The position numbers were made by a program, and so were the translations under genes. From Sulfurimonadaceae bacterium (GTDB taxonomy: Bacteria; Campylobacterota; Campylobacteria; Campylobacterales; Sulfurimonadaceae): DNA of 20,620 bases. The DNA lies in contig JBFEXS010000027.1 in NCBI GenBank assembly GCA_041562555.1, positions 1 through 20,620 of the forward strand. The letters are read 5' to 3'. The notes under the pieces are model-generated. The model worked only from the letters and a program-made list of their open reading frames with translations. It was not told the DNA's origin and searched no databases. This document shows, piece after piece, positions 1 through 8,021 of this stretch; position 1 is the stretch's first letter; every line of letters begins with the position of its first letter.

Positions 1-1
1 G

Positions 2-127
2 GAAAATACGGGGTATGGTTGTACAAAGACTGCCCGAGATGATCAGCTCAAAGCGGTCATGGAAGAAGATGATGATAATTTTTCTCAAGAAGAAGAGGAT
101 GAGAAGAATGAGGATAGTGGAGACTGA
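2..127 (+). CDS. 3' end of an unidentified CDS running in from the left edge, with a highly acidic C-terminal tail
   Basis: Open frame from position 2 reads ENTGYGCTKTARDDQLKAVMEEDDDNFSQEEEDEKNEDSGD and ends at TGA 125-127, convergent on the MMPL gene. The product cannot be identified from this fragment. Confidence 0.6.
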   Translation, partial: ENTGYGCTKTARDDQLKAVMEEDDDNFSQEEEDEKNEDSGD

Positions 128-154
128 TTTAGTTTAATGGTGTTATACGGAAAG

Positions 155-2449
155 TTAGTCCAGAAGACTGTTTTTAGCATCATCAAATCGGCTTAGTATG
201 GCCGGTAACATCAAGAGGTCTACGAGTACGGCTATCATCAGTGCAATTGCCGTCACAATACCGAAATTGACGTTTGGCAGGAATTGTGAAAAGATAAATA
301 TCAAAAATGCTACAGACAGGATTATCGTAGTGAAGATAATGGCTGAACCGGCATATTGCATCACATAGGCTAGAGAAGCTTCGATATCATCTCCGCGTCG
401 TCTTGCTTCACGGTATTTGACCAGAAAATGGATGGTGTCATCCACGGCGACACCTATGATGATTGCACCTGAGATAGCTACACCGATATCGATCGTAATA
501 CCCAGCCATCCCATGACACCCACGACAAGGGTGATGGGAAGAATATTCGGGATGATAAACAGCGGCAGCATGCGGAGATTTCTGAAGATAAGTATCATCA
601 TAAGGGATACGGCCAGAATAGCCAGCAGGATAGATTGGATCAGTGTATCGGTCACATCATGCTGCATATGTGCGAACATGACGGTTTGACCATTGGTCTG
701 TGCACTATAGGGTGTCTTTTCCCACCATGTTTCTATCCACTCTATCATTTCAAGATCCAAGGAGGTGTCGACGATGTTCACCGAGGAGGTGATCCGTAGT
801 AGTCTCTCATCCACATCCATCCTGTCATTGATCTCCATACCCTGGGGAAGGGAAAGAGAATAGAGGAGTAGATATTGTGCAATAAGGGCTTGATCATCCG
901 GAATACTTTTGGAGTGATTCATGACCTCATTAAACTTTTTGATCACATCAAGCAAAGACGAGACATGACGGACATCAGGGAATTGTATCTTGTATTCGGT
1001 GTAAAATGTCTCAACAGTCTTCATGAATTCAGGGGATTTGATTCCGTCCTTTGCTTGTGAATCGACAATAATCTCGTAGGCCATCGGTCCGGTAAGATTA
1101 TCTTGCATGAAATGTACTGTCTGTCTAAAAGGAACATCCTCTCTAAAGTAGCGAATTGTATTTGAATCGACCTTTACATAGTATATGCCTATGCCCAGGG
1201 TAGTAAAGATAAGCAAGGAAGCCCAAATGATCTTTAGATCATTTCGGATAATAAAGTGAGCCACATGATGAGCGAAAGGACTTTGTGGTTTTTCCTGAGA
1301 TGCATTCTGGGTGAATTTTATTTTAGGATTGATAATGGAAAGCATCGCCGGAACAAAAAGTATCGTTAAAACAAAGGCGAGCAGGGCGGCATTTGCAGTA
1401 GCAATACCCAATGTCTTGATCGGTATGACTGCAGATATCCCCAGGGAAGCAAAGCCGACAGCAGTGGTTAATGAGGTGAGCAGGATCGGCAGAAAGTTTT
1501 TATGGACACTGTAATGGATGGCCTCATGGTTGTCCAGTCCCTTCTTTCGTCCAATGAGATAAATCCAAAACAGGTGCATCGCATCGGCGATACCTATCGC
1601 AACGACAAAAATAGGCATATTAGCCGTAAAGTTGTTAAGTTTGTAGCCCAGAAGGACCTGTACAGCCAAGACGATCAAAAAGGTAAAGACAACGACGGAA
1701 ATACTTAAGAACATCCCGGAAGGACGCCTGAAGATTATCCAGAGCAATATCATGGATATGATTAGCACAAGGGGTGTGAAAGTGGCCGCGTCATGCTCTC
1801 CCAGAGAGATGAAGGCCATATTCAGGATCGGTCCCCCTCCGAGTCTAAAATCATAGCCGCTTGCTTCTTCCTGGGCGACGATCTCTTCCACAGCAGCTTT
1901 GAGTTTGGCAGATACTTCCGGGTCATCTCCAGCTTTTGGAGTCATGCGTCCAACGATCATCGTCGTCTTTAGATCCGTGGAAATAATGCGTCCAAGGATT
2001 TGATCCTCCTTGAGAATAATCTGAGCCTTTTCTTTTAGGACAGCTGTATTTAAGGTGTCTATATCTTGAATAAAGTCTTCGACAAGAATCTCATCGGGAT
2101 AGTCAGGATCGGTATGGATATATTGATAGTTTGTCAGGGAATCAACCCGGGAGATATAGTGCGTTTGCCAAAGTTTATTGGTGATGCGATCGATCACGTG
2201 CAAGGCTTTTGGGTTTAAGATGCCATTGTCATCTTTGAATATCACACTGACAGCATCATCATTGCCAAAGGTCGCACGGAAATGGTCATAGTTCTGTAGA
2301 ATAGGTGATTCTTCTCCAAACCAGATCCGGTAGGAACCTTCAAACTGAAGGTGCTTGAGTTGAGATGCCATCAAGAGTGTCAGCAACGGGATGATAACAA
2401 GGATAAACCATCGCAGCTTAATAATTATATTGACAAAAGTATGCATCAT
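155..2449 (-). CDS. MMPL/RND-superfamily inner-membrane transporter
   Basis: 764 aa with two repeats of one TM, a large periplasmic domain and five TMs. TM4/TM10-like acidic motifs AIGIADAMH and GVAVDDTIH, plus PILLTSLTTAVGFASL. The SD AGGAG overlaps the upstream gene's stop. Confidence 0.92.
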   Translation of the reverse strand: MMHTFVNIIIKLRWFILVIIPLLTLLMASQLKHLQFEGSYRIWFGEESPILQNYDHFRATFGNDDAVSVIFKDDNGILNPKALHVIDRITNKLWQTHYISRVDSLTNYQYIHTDPDYPDEILVEDFIQDIDTLNTAVLKEKAQIILKEDQILGRIISTDLKTTMIVGRMTPKAGDDPEVSAKLKAAVEEIVAQEEASGYDFRLGGGPILNMAFISLGEHDAATFTPLVLIISMILLWIIFRRPSGMFLSISVVVFTFLIVLAVQVLLGYKLNNFTANMPIFVVAIGIADAMHLFWIYLIGRKKGLDNHEAIHYSVHKNFLPILLTSLTTAVGFASLGISAVIPIKTLGIATANAALLAFVLTILFVPAMLSIINPKIKFTQNASQEKPQSPFAHHVAHFIIRNDLKIIWASLLIFTTLGIGIYYVKVDSNTIRYFREDVPFRQTVHFMQDNLTGPMAYEIIVDSQAKDGIKSPEFMKTVETFYTEYKIQFPDVRHVSSLLDVIKKFNEVMNHSKSIPDDQALIAQYLLLYSLSLPQGMEINDRMDVDERLLRITSSVNIVDTSLDLEMIEWIETWWEKTPYSAQTNGQTVMFAHMQHDVTDTLIQSILLAILAVSLMMILIFRNLRMLPLFIIPNILPITLVVGVMGWLGITIDIGVAISGAIIIGVAVDDTIHFLVKYREARRRGDDIEASLAYVMQYAGSAIIFTTIILSVAFLIFIFSQFLPNVNFGIVTAIALMIAVLVDLLMLPAILSRFDDAKNSLLD

Positions 2450-2454
2450 TTCTC

Positions 2455-3690
2455 CTAAAAATAGTATGCCAGTTTAAGGCCAAGACGCTGGTGCCTTCCC
2501 ATTAGGTTTAAGGCAGTTAATGTGTCGTTGGAAGGATTGGTATAGCGATAATCAAGAGCAAGTTTGAAGATCTCGGCAAGTCGGGTTTCATACTCTATAT
2601 AATATGACTGTTCATTATATTCCAGGTCGATGATCGCCCCACCGATGATACCGGCATCATTGCCTTCATTAAAGCTATAGCGTAGACCTATAAAGAGGTC
2701 ATTCTGAAAACTTTCAAAGAGTTCAAGGTCGGTATACTTTTCCTTATCGAGAGTGCCATATCGATAATACTCGCTGATCAGTCCCAAGTCGGCATTGTTA
2801 TACACCTGCGTCAGGGTATGTTCAATACCAAGTCCAATATGATAATAATCGGATATACGTGGTTCATTGAGTACGTCGGCATAAAGTGCTTCAAGTTTGA
2901 AGAGTGTAGAGCCGACTACAAGGGTATTGTAGTTCATAAGTTTATTGACAAGGTAAGCATGTTCATTGAAATCTACCGCCGATCCATTTAATGGTCCACT
3001 GGCCGAAAAGTAACGCTGTGAATCATAACCGTGCTGTAGAATAAAAGCGTAGTCCAAGGCATATGCTGTATCCGTACTTGCTGAATACTTGAGATAGACT
3101 GTCGGATAGTTGACAGACTTCTCTGTCTGAAGTCTATCGCTGTAGGTGACGAACTCAGGGAAAAAATAATAGACGTAGGGGTAGTTCGTCATCGGCTGGT
3201 CCGGCTCGTCTGCTTTTAGGATCAGTGCTATCTCTCCTGTGTCTGTATAATGGGTGTAAGCCATGTTCCATACTCCCAGTTTGTCAGGATCGAAAAGATC
3301 GGAGCGCAAGTCATCCGGATTGAAAGCATCGACGATATTGTCAACTTCCAGAGCTCCCCAGAAACGGATACTTTTACCGGCCGTGATCTGAGACTCTTCA
3401 AACTCATATTTACCGTAGGCTTCATCTAAACGGAAGAAACTTCGGTCCGTATGATCGGAACTTCCCTGAAGGTCATGAAAATCACCTTGTGCACTGGCCT
3501 TGAAAACCCCCTCAAAACTTTCATGCGTATAGTTCATCTCGATCTGTGCAAAGCTTGTAGTATTATGATTGTGCTTGTCATCCGGATGGGTGAGATAGTT
3601 TTGACTCTGCATTTGAAGGTGTCCCCGGATGTTCATATCGGCATCCAATATGGAAACAATAAACAGAGGCCAAATGAGTCTAGATGTCAT
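2455..3690 (-). CDS. Putative outer-membrane beta-barrel protein
   Basis: Signal peptide MTSRLIWPLFIVSILDA, many alternating aromatic/hydrophobic strands, FRLDEAYG and WG..E...IVD.FNP.D segments like those of DUF1302-type barrels, and a C-terminal BAM-type signal RLGLKLAYYF ending in Phe. Confidence 0.7.
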   Translation of the reverse strand: MTSRLIWPLFIVSILDADMNIRGHLQMQSQNYLTHPDDKHNHNTTSFAQIEMNYTHESFEGVFKASAQGDFHDLQGSSDHTDRSFFRLDEAYGKYEFEESQITAGKSIRFWGALEVDNIVDAFNPDDLRSDLFDPDKLGVWNMAYTHYTDTGEIALILKADEPDQPMTNYPYVYYFFPEFVTYSDRLQTEKSVNYPTVYLKYSASTDTAYALDYAFILQHGYDSQRYFSASGPLNGSAVDFNEHAYLVNKLMNYNTLVVGSTLFKLEALYADVLNEPRISDYYHIGLGIEHTLTQVYNNADLGLISEYYRYGTLDKEKYTDLELFESFQNDLFIGLRYSFNEGNDAGIIGGAIIDLEYNEQSYYIEYETRLAEIFKLALDYRYTNPSNDTLTALNLMGRHQRLGLKLAYYF

Positions 3691-4436
3691 TTCTTGAGTA
3701 CGCGTTTATGAAAGTCTTTATCTTTAAGACCGTTTTTGATTGTCTCATCTTCCCATATCAAGATGGTCTTTTTATCATTTTGGTGATTGATCATCTCGAT
3801 CTTGCCGATGCGCCATATCCCGGATATTTTTTTGTAGTCCGAATAATACGCCGTCTTCAATAGCTCTTGTTTACGGTCATAATATTCCATCTTATGTAAT
3901 AGAAAGGTATTGGCGTCGACCCAGAAGATTTGCTTGGTATAGCCGGAGTTTTTTGAAAAGGGTTTACTCTCGCCAAGGTACATCTTTTTCCCATCAATCT
4001 CAACCTCCTGTGCATCTCCCTCGTAGACATATTTGTCTACGTTAAAAGAACTCAGGTCCTCATAGGCGAACTCACTTCCCATGAATGAGCCGGACTTGTT
4101 CTTTGAGGCTATACGTTTGACCCGTTTAAGTGCAGGTAGATAGAGCCATTGATCATCATCTTTTCTTACATGCTCATAATTTAAAAACTTTGTTCCTTTG
4201 ACGTCCGCAGGAGAGAGAAACTCCATCAGGGACTTATCTCCTTCTGTCTGTTCCAGGACGATCATTTTCATCAAACGTTCGCGTTCCTGACCATTTGCAT
4301 TGATCAGGGTCATCCGCATCTTTGCAGAAGCATCTTCATAGCCGCTGAGAACAGCATCACTTTGTCGTGCAAGGTCAAGATTACTCAAGGCGAATGCGTA
4401 AAGGGAAGTGACTAAAATGATCATAATACTTTTCAT
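3687..4436 (-). CDS. Periplasmic LolA-like 'outer membrane lipoprotein-sorting' protein
   Basis: Signal peptide ending AFA. Family motifs FLSPADVKGTKFL and DDQWLYLPALKRVKRIASKNKSGSFMGSEFAYEDL. Overlaps the next gene by 4 nt (ATGA). Confidence 0.88.
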   Translation of the reverse strand: MKSIMIILVTSLYAFALSNLDLARQSDAVLSGYEDASAKMRMTLINANGQERERLMKMIVLEQTEGDKSLMEFLSPADVKGTKFLNYEHVRKDDDQWLYLPALKRVKRIASKNKSGSFMGSEFAYEDLSSFNVDKYVYEGDAQEVEIDGKKMYLGESKPFSKNSGYTKQIFWVDANTFLLHKMEYYDRKQELLKTAYYSDYKKISGIWRIGKIEMINHQNDKKTILIWEDETIKNGLKDKDFHKRVLKK

Positions 4437-4463
4437 AGGGTTCCTTCAAGTACTTGAAAAATA

Positions 4464-4505
4464 ATGTTGACAATGTTAACATAAAGATGTAAACAGTGTC
4501 AACAT
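4464..4505. promoter_or_regulatory. Tandem 19-bp palindromic operators (probable TetR sites) overlapping the leftward promoter
   Basis: ATGTTGACAATGTTAACAT (4464-4482) and ATGTAAACAGTGTCAACAT (4487-4505). Each is near-palindromic, and site 1 matches the reverse complement of site 2 at 17/19. Minus-strand -35 TTGACA (4497-4502) and TGtTAACAT -10 (hexamer 4473-4478) lie inside them. Confidence 0.75.
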
Positions 4506-4544
4506 ATTTAGGATACATTTTGCCAACGAAGGTTACAATACGGT

Positions 4545-5210
4545 ATGAGTACACATGAGAGTAAAAACAGTTATCATCACGGCAACCTAAAAGAGAGTCT
4601 GGTTCAGACAGCTTTGGGGATGGTCGATCGTGAGGGGATTGATAAGATCACACTACGTGAGTTGGCTGATAGGTTGGGGACTTCACGTTCGGCAATATAC
4701 CGACATTTCAAGAACAAAGAAGATCTTATGAAACAGGTGATTCTTGGTGGGTTTGACAAGTTGGATGCCTGCATAGAGCCTGTCTTCAGTAATGAAGCGC
4801 TTTCTTTGCTTGAACGTTTTCATGCCATGGGGAAGGCCTATATAGACTTTGCTTTGGAAAACCCTCATCTGTATCGTCTGCTTTTTGGTCCCTCTATGTC
4901 ACGCCAAAGGGAAGAGGTGTGCGTTGATGAACGCGAAGAGCTGCATAAGCTTTTACACGGTGACAGTTCGGATGAGGTGATGCATAATGGTCAGGATAAC
5001 GGGTTTCATAAGTTGGTGAGTATTATTCTGATGGCGCAGGAACAAAAAGTGTTCAAAGCAGGCGATCCCGTACTTATTGCAACGGCGATCTGGTCACTTC
5101 TTCACGGTCTGGCATCCTTGGCCATTGATGGGCATTTAAGTGTGATAGATAATATGGATGCAGTATATGAGATCAACTATAACATCCTTCTTCAAGGCCT
5201 TTTGGCTTGA
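4545..5210 (+). CDS. TetR/AcrR family transcriptional regulator
   Basis: N-terminal YHHGNLKE followed by the HTH TLRELADRLGTSRSAIYRHFKNKEDL. C-terminal W...HG motif (IWSLLHGLASL). Divergent from the transporter operon. Confidence 0.93.
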   Translation: MSTHESKNSYHHGNLKESLVQTALGMVDREGIDKITLRELADRLGTSRSAIYRHFKNKEDLMKQVILGGFDKLDACIEPVFSNEALSLLERFHAMGKAYIDFALENPHLYRLLFGPSMSRQREEVCVDEREELHKLLHGDSSDEVMHNGQDNGFHKLVSIILMAQEQKVFKAGDPVLIATAIWSLLHGLASLAIDGHLSVIDNMDAVYEINYNILLQGLLA

Positions 5211-5271
5211 AACATTTTTAAGTTTTTTGATATATAATGAAGGTGACTAGAATCCTATTTAAAGGCGAGAT

Positions 5272-6270
5272 ATGGGTATGTGGGATGGTGTAAAAAGACA
5301 ACTGCGTTCGGTGATCCAGTGGGACAATCCGGGAGCAGATGAACTTTTTTATCGTTGGAGTGACAACGGGGATGAGATCAAGAATGCTTCAAAACTGATC
5401 GTTGGTCCGGGCCAGGGCTGTATCTTTGTCTATGAGGGCAAGGTAGTTGGTGTCATCGAGGAGGAGGGGATGACTTCTCTCCTGACAGACAACATTCCTT
5501 TCTGGACAACGGTGAAAAAGTTTATGCAGGCCTTTGAAAGTGAGCATAAAGTAGGCCTCTATTTTTTTAAAAAAACACGTATTCTTGATCAGAAATGGGG
5601 CACGCTTTCACCGATAAAGTATGATGATCCGAAATATGTTTTTCCTGTTGCTCTGATGGCATACGGGAATTATAGTTTTAAAATTGATGATGCAAGATTG
5701 TTCTTCGTGAATGTTTTGGGCGCGCAAGAGTATTATCGTGTCAGTGACTTTAGACAGATGATGCTTTCCCGACTCAATCAGCCTATCGCTGATTTCCTGG
5801 CGACAGCGCAATACTCCTATGCTCAAATCGATGCGCAGCGTGAGGAGATATCCCAATCCTTGGATCTTAAACTCCAAGCTGACTTTTCCAAACTTGGGTT
5901 TTCTCTGAGTGATTTTCGTATTGAAGGGACAGATTTTGATGAGGAGACACAAAGTCGTATCAACAGGATCGCTGATGTAAGGGCAGCGAAACATGCTTCC
6001 GAGGCAGCGGGTATCTCCTATAGTGAACTGCAGCGTCTTGAAGCGATGAAAGACGCAGCCAATAATCAAGTCGGTGCAGCAGGTTTGATGATGGGAATGG
6101 GTGTCGCCGGTGGCTTGTCCGGTAATATGATGCAAGAAAACACTGCTTCACCGGTAGGTAAGAAAGATGCGAAAACACGCTTGCTTGAGCTAAAAGAACT
6201 GTTCGATGCGGCACTGATCAGTGAAGAAGAGTATACCAGTAAGAAAAGAAGTATTCTAGAAGAGTTGTAA
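5272..6270 (+). CDS. SPFH/Band-7 (YdjI-like) domain protein with C-terminal SHOCT domain
   Basis: N-terminal VIQW...LFYRW...EIKNASKLIVGPGQGCIFVYEGK and KWGTLSPIKYDDP motifs, a Gly/Met-rich GAAGLMMGMGVAGG segment, and SHOCT-like RLLELKELFDAALISEEEYTSKKRSIL. Has its own TATAAT at 5233-5238 and an AAGG SD. Confidence 0.85.
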   Translation: MGMWDGVKRQLRSVIQWDNPGADELFYRWSDNGDEIKNASKLIVGPGQGCIFVYEGKVVGVIEEEGMTSLLTDNIPFWTTVKKFMQAFESEHKVGLYFFKKTRILDQKWGTLSPIKYDDPKYVFPVALMAYGNYSFKIDDARLFFVNVLGAQEYYRVSDFRQMMLSRLNQPIADFLATAQYSYAQIDAQREEISQSLDLKLQADFSKLGFSLSDFRIEGTDFDEETQSRINRIADVRAAKHASEAAGISYSELQRLEAMKDAANNQVGAAGLMMGMGVAGGLSGNMMQENTASPVGKKDAKTRLLELKELFDAALISEEEYTSKKRSILEEL

Positions 6271-6941
6271 TGGCCAAATGTAAACACTGTTCAGCGCCAC
6301 TACCTTCAAAAAGTATCATTTGCGACTACTGCGGTGTACGTAATGACATCGAGGTACAGGCAAAACAATTTGGGGTAAGACTTCCGAAAAGTCATCGGGA
6401 CTGTCCCGATTGCATGATCATGCTTGATAGCATTGATATCGGAAAGAACAACCGTTTTATCATTGAAAAGTGCAAGCGGTGTTATGGACTTTTTTTTGAT
6501 CTGCATGAGTTGGAAAAGCTTCTGGAAGAGAGTGGGACCGAGTCCTATTGGGTCGACCACCATAAACTGCACTCCTTACTGCAACATCCCTTACACAAGG
6601 ATCAGGTAGTTTATCGGCGTTGTCCGGTATGCAGTAAACTGATGCAGCGTAAAAATTATATGGACCGTTCAGGGGTGATCATGGATGTCTGTGCCGAACA
6701 TGGAATATGGTTAGATGCAGGGGAATTGAAACAGATTCAGGACTGGATCAAACTGGGGGGTAAGAGCAATGCTTTAAAAGATGAGCTTGACGCAAAGCAT
6801 AGACATAACAGAGAGCAAAGACGCAAACGTCATCATAAAGAACGTACTCGGTATCATACAACAGAGTTTGAAGGTACACGATCAAAACTGGATGATACGA
6901 TAGATATCCTTTCGGGTCTGTTCCGTTTCTCTCTGCATTAA
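6270..6941 (+). CDS. Zinc-ribbon protein (N-terminal ribbon plus two zf-TFIIB-like ribbons)
   Basis: CKHC..CDYC; CPDC..CKRCYGLFFDLHELEKL; CPVC..CAEHGIWLDAGELKQI. The start overlaps the SPFH stop (TAATG, 6268-6272). Confidence 0.82.
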   Translation: MAKCKHCSAPLPSKSIICDYCGVRNDIEVQAKQFGVRLPKSHRDCPDCMIMLDSIDIGKNNRFIIEKCKRCYGLFFDLHELEKLLEESGTESYWVDHHKLHSLLQHPLHKDQVVYRRCPVCSKLMQRKNYMDRSGVIMDVCAEHGIWLDAGELKQIQDWIKLGGKSNALKDELDAKHRHNREQRRKRHHKERTRYHTTEFEGTRSKLDDTIDILSGLFRFSLH

Positions 6942-7012
6942 TGATTGCTGGTCAATGATAAATATTTTAAGTACAATAACATATCGTTAAAATCAAGAAA
7001 AGGATGTATTAC

Positions 7013-7534
7013 ATGAAAAAAATCATACTCGCACTGTGCATTGTTTCCGGTCTTCTGATGGCAGAAGGTCTGACACTTAAGAGTGATAACCTTGAGGGAC
7101 AGTTGTCCATGAATGAGGTCTTTGACGGATTCGGGTGTACGGGGAAAAATATATCCCCTGAACTTCATTGGAATGGGGTGCCAAAGGCGGCTAAAAGTTT
7201 AGCACTCACGGTATATGACCCGGATGCCCCAACAGGTAGCGGATGGTGGCACTGGCTGGTATTCAATATCGATGTTTCAACCCAGGGATTCAGCAAGGGG
7301 ATTGATTTGTCAAATAGCGGTGCAGTACAGAGTATGACAGACTTCGGAACAACAGGCTTTGGCGGGGCATGTCCACCTAAGGGGGATAAGGCTCACCGTT
7401 ATATCTTTACTATTCATGCTTTGGATGTTGAGAAACTTGATTTGAAAGCAGATGCGAACCCTGCCTTGGTAGGGTACTATATCAATGCACATACAATCTC
7501 AAAGGCATCACTTATTGCATATTATGGAAGATAA
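7013..7534 (+). CDS. YbhB/YbcL family PEBP (Raf-kinase-inhibitor-like) exported protein
   Basis: Motifs FGCTGKNISPELHW, YDPDAPTGSGWWHW and GGACPPKGDKAHRYIFT. Signal peptide MKKIILALCIVSGLLMA. Start moved from 7004 to ATG 7013 because AAGGA lies at 7000-7004. TACAAT -10 at 6972-6977. Confidence 0.92.
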   Translation: MKKIILALCIVSGLLMAEGLTLKSDNLEGQLSMNEVFDGFGCTGKNISPELHWNGVPKAAKSLALTVYDPDAPTGSGWWHWLVFNIDVSTQGFSKGIDLSNSGAVQSMTDFGTTGFGGACPPKGDKAHRYIFTIHALDVEKLDLKADANPALVGYYINAHTISKASLIAYYGR

Positions 7535-7542
7535 ATCCTATA

Positions 7543-7575
7543 TTGGGCAGCTATCTTAAGTCTGTCGTTGCTCAA
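7543..7575. terminator. Possible terminator hairpin after the YbcL-like gene
   Basis: TTGGGCAGC pairs with GTTGCTCAA (9 bp, two G-U). The loop is long and there is no U-tract on the + strand, so the call is weak. Confidence 0.3.
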
Positions 7576-7649
7576 AAAATTTAAAAATAAATATACAAAA
7601 AATTGTTATAATTTTTGTTCGCGTAATTTTTATTAGAAGGTTAAAAAAC

Positions 7650-7976
7650 ATGGTAAATGAAGCCATATTAAGACAATTAGACTACACACCAAACGAAGCA
7701 CTGAAGGAACAGGTCAGACGTATTATCGACAATACACAAGCATTTGACAAGATCGAGAAGCATATGATGGAACTTCACAAGCAATTGAAAGTTGATGGAT
7801 CTTACATCGCCATGTCAAACTCAGAAGATTTCTTTAAAATCAAAATTGAAGCACCCAGCCCGGAGTTGACAGAAGAAGCACATGAAAAAGTAAGACATTG
7901 GTCTGAAAAATACAAGGTTCAGACATCACGGGTAGATGAGAAAGATACCTATTACATCAAGGGTTTCGTCCATTAA
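7650..7976 (+). CDS. Hypothetical protein (108 aa, soluble)
   Basis: Clean ORF with AAGG SD and an extended -10 TGTTATAAT at 7604-7612. I recognise no family. Confidence 0.75.
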   Translation: MVNEAILRQLDYTPNEALKEQVRRIIDNTQAFDKIEKHMMELHKQLKVDGSYIAMSNSEDFFKIKIEAPSPELTEEAHEKVRHWSEKYKVQTSRVDEKDTYYIKGFVH

Positions 7977-8021
7977 TATAATGTGCAAGACAGCAGGATG
8001 TAGTCAATTGGGTGCGATTTT

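Noticed and set aside
5562..5575. T7A7 run in the SPFH gene as a phase-variation or frameshift site
   Set aside because: The ORF is intact, the run simply encodes YFFKK, and such runs are common in AT-rich DNA.
5608..6135. 175-aa antisense ORF and the other overlapping ORFs in the track
   Set aside because: They lie on the opposite strand or in alternate frames of well-supported genes and have no recognisable motifs.
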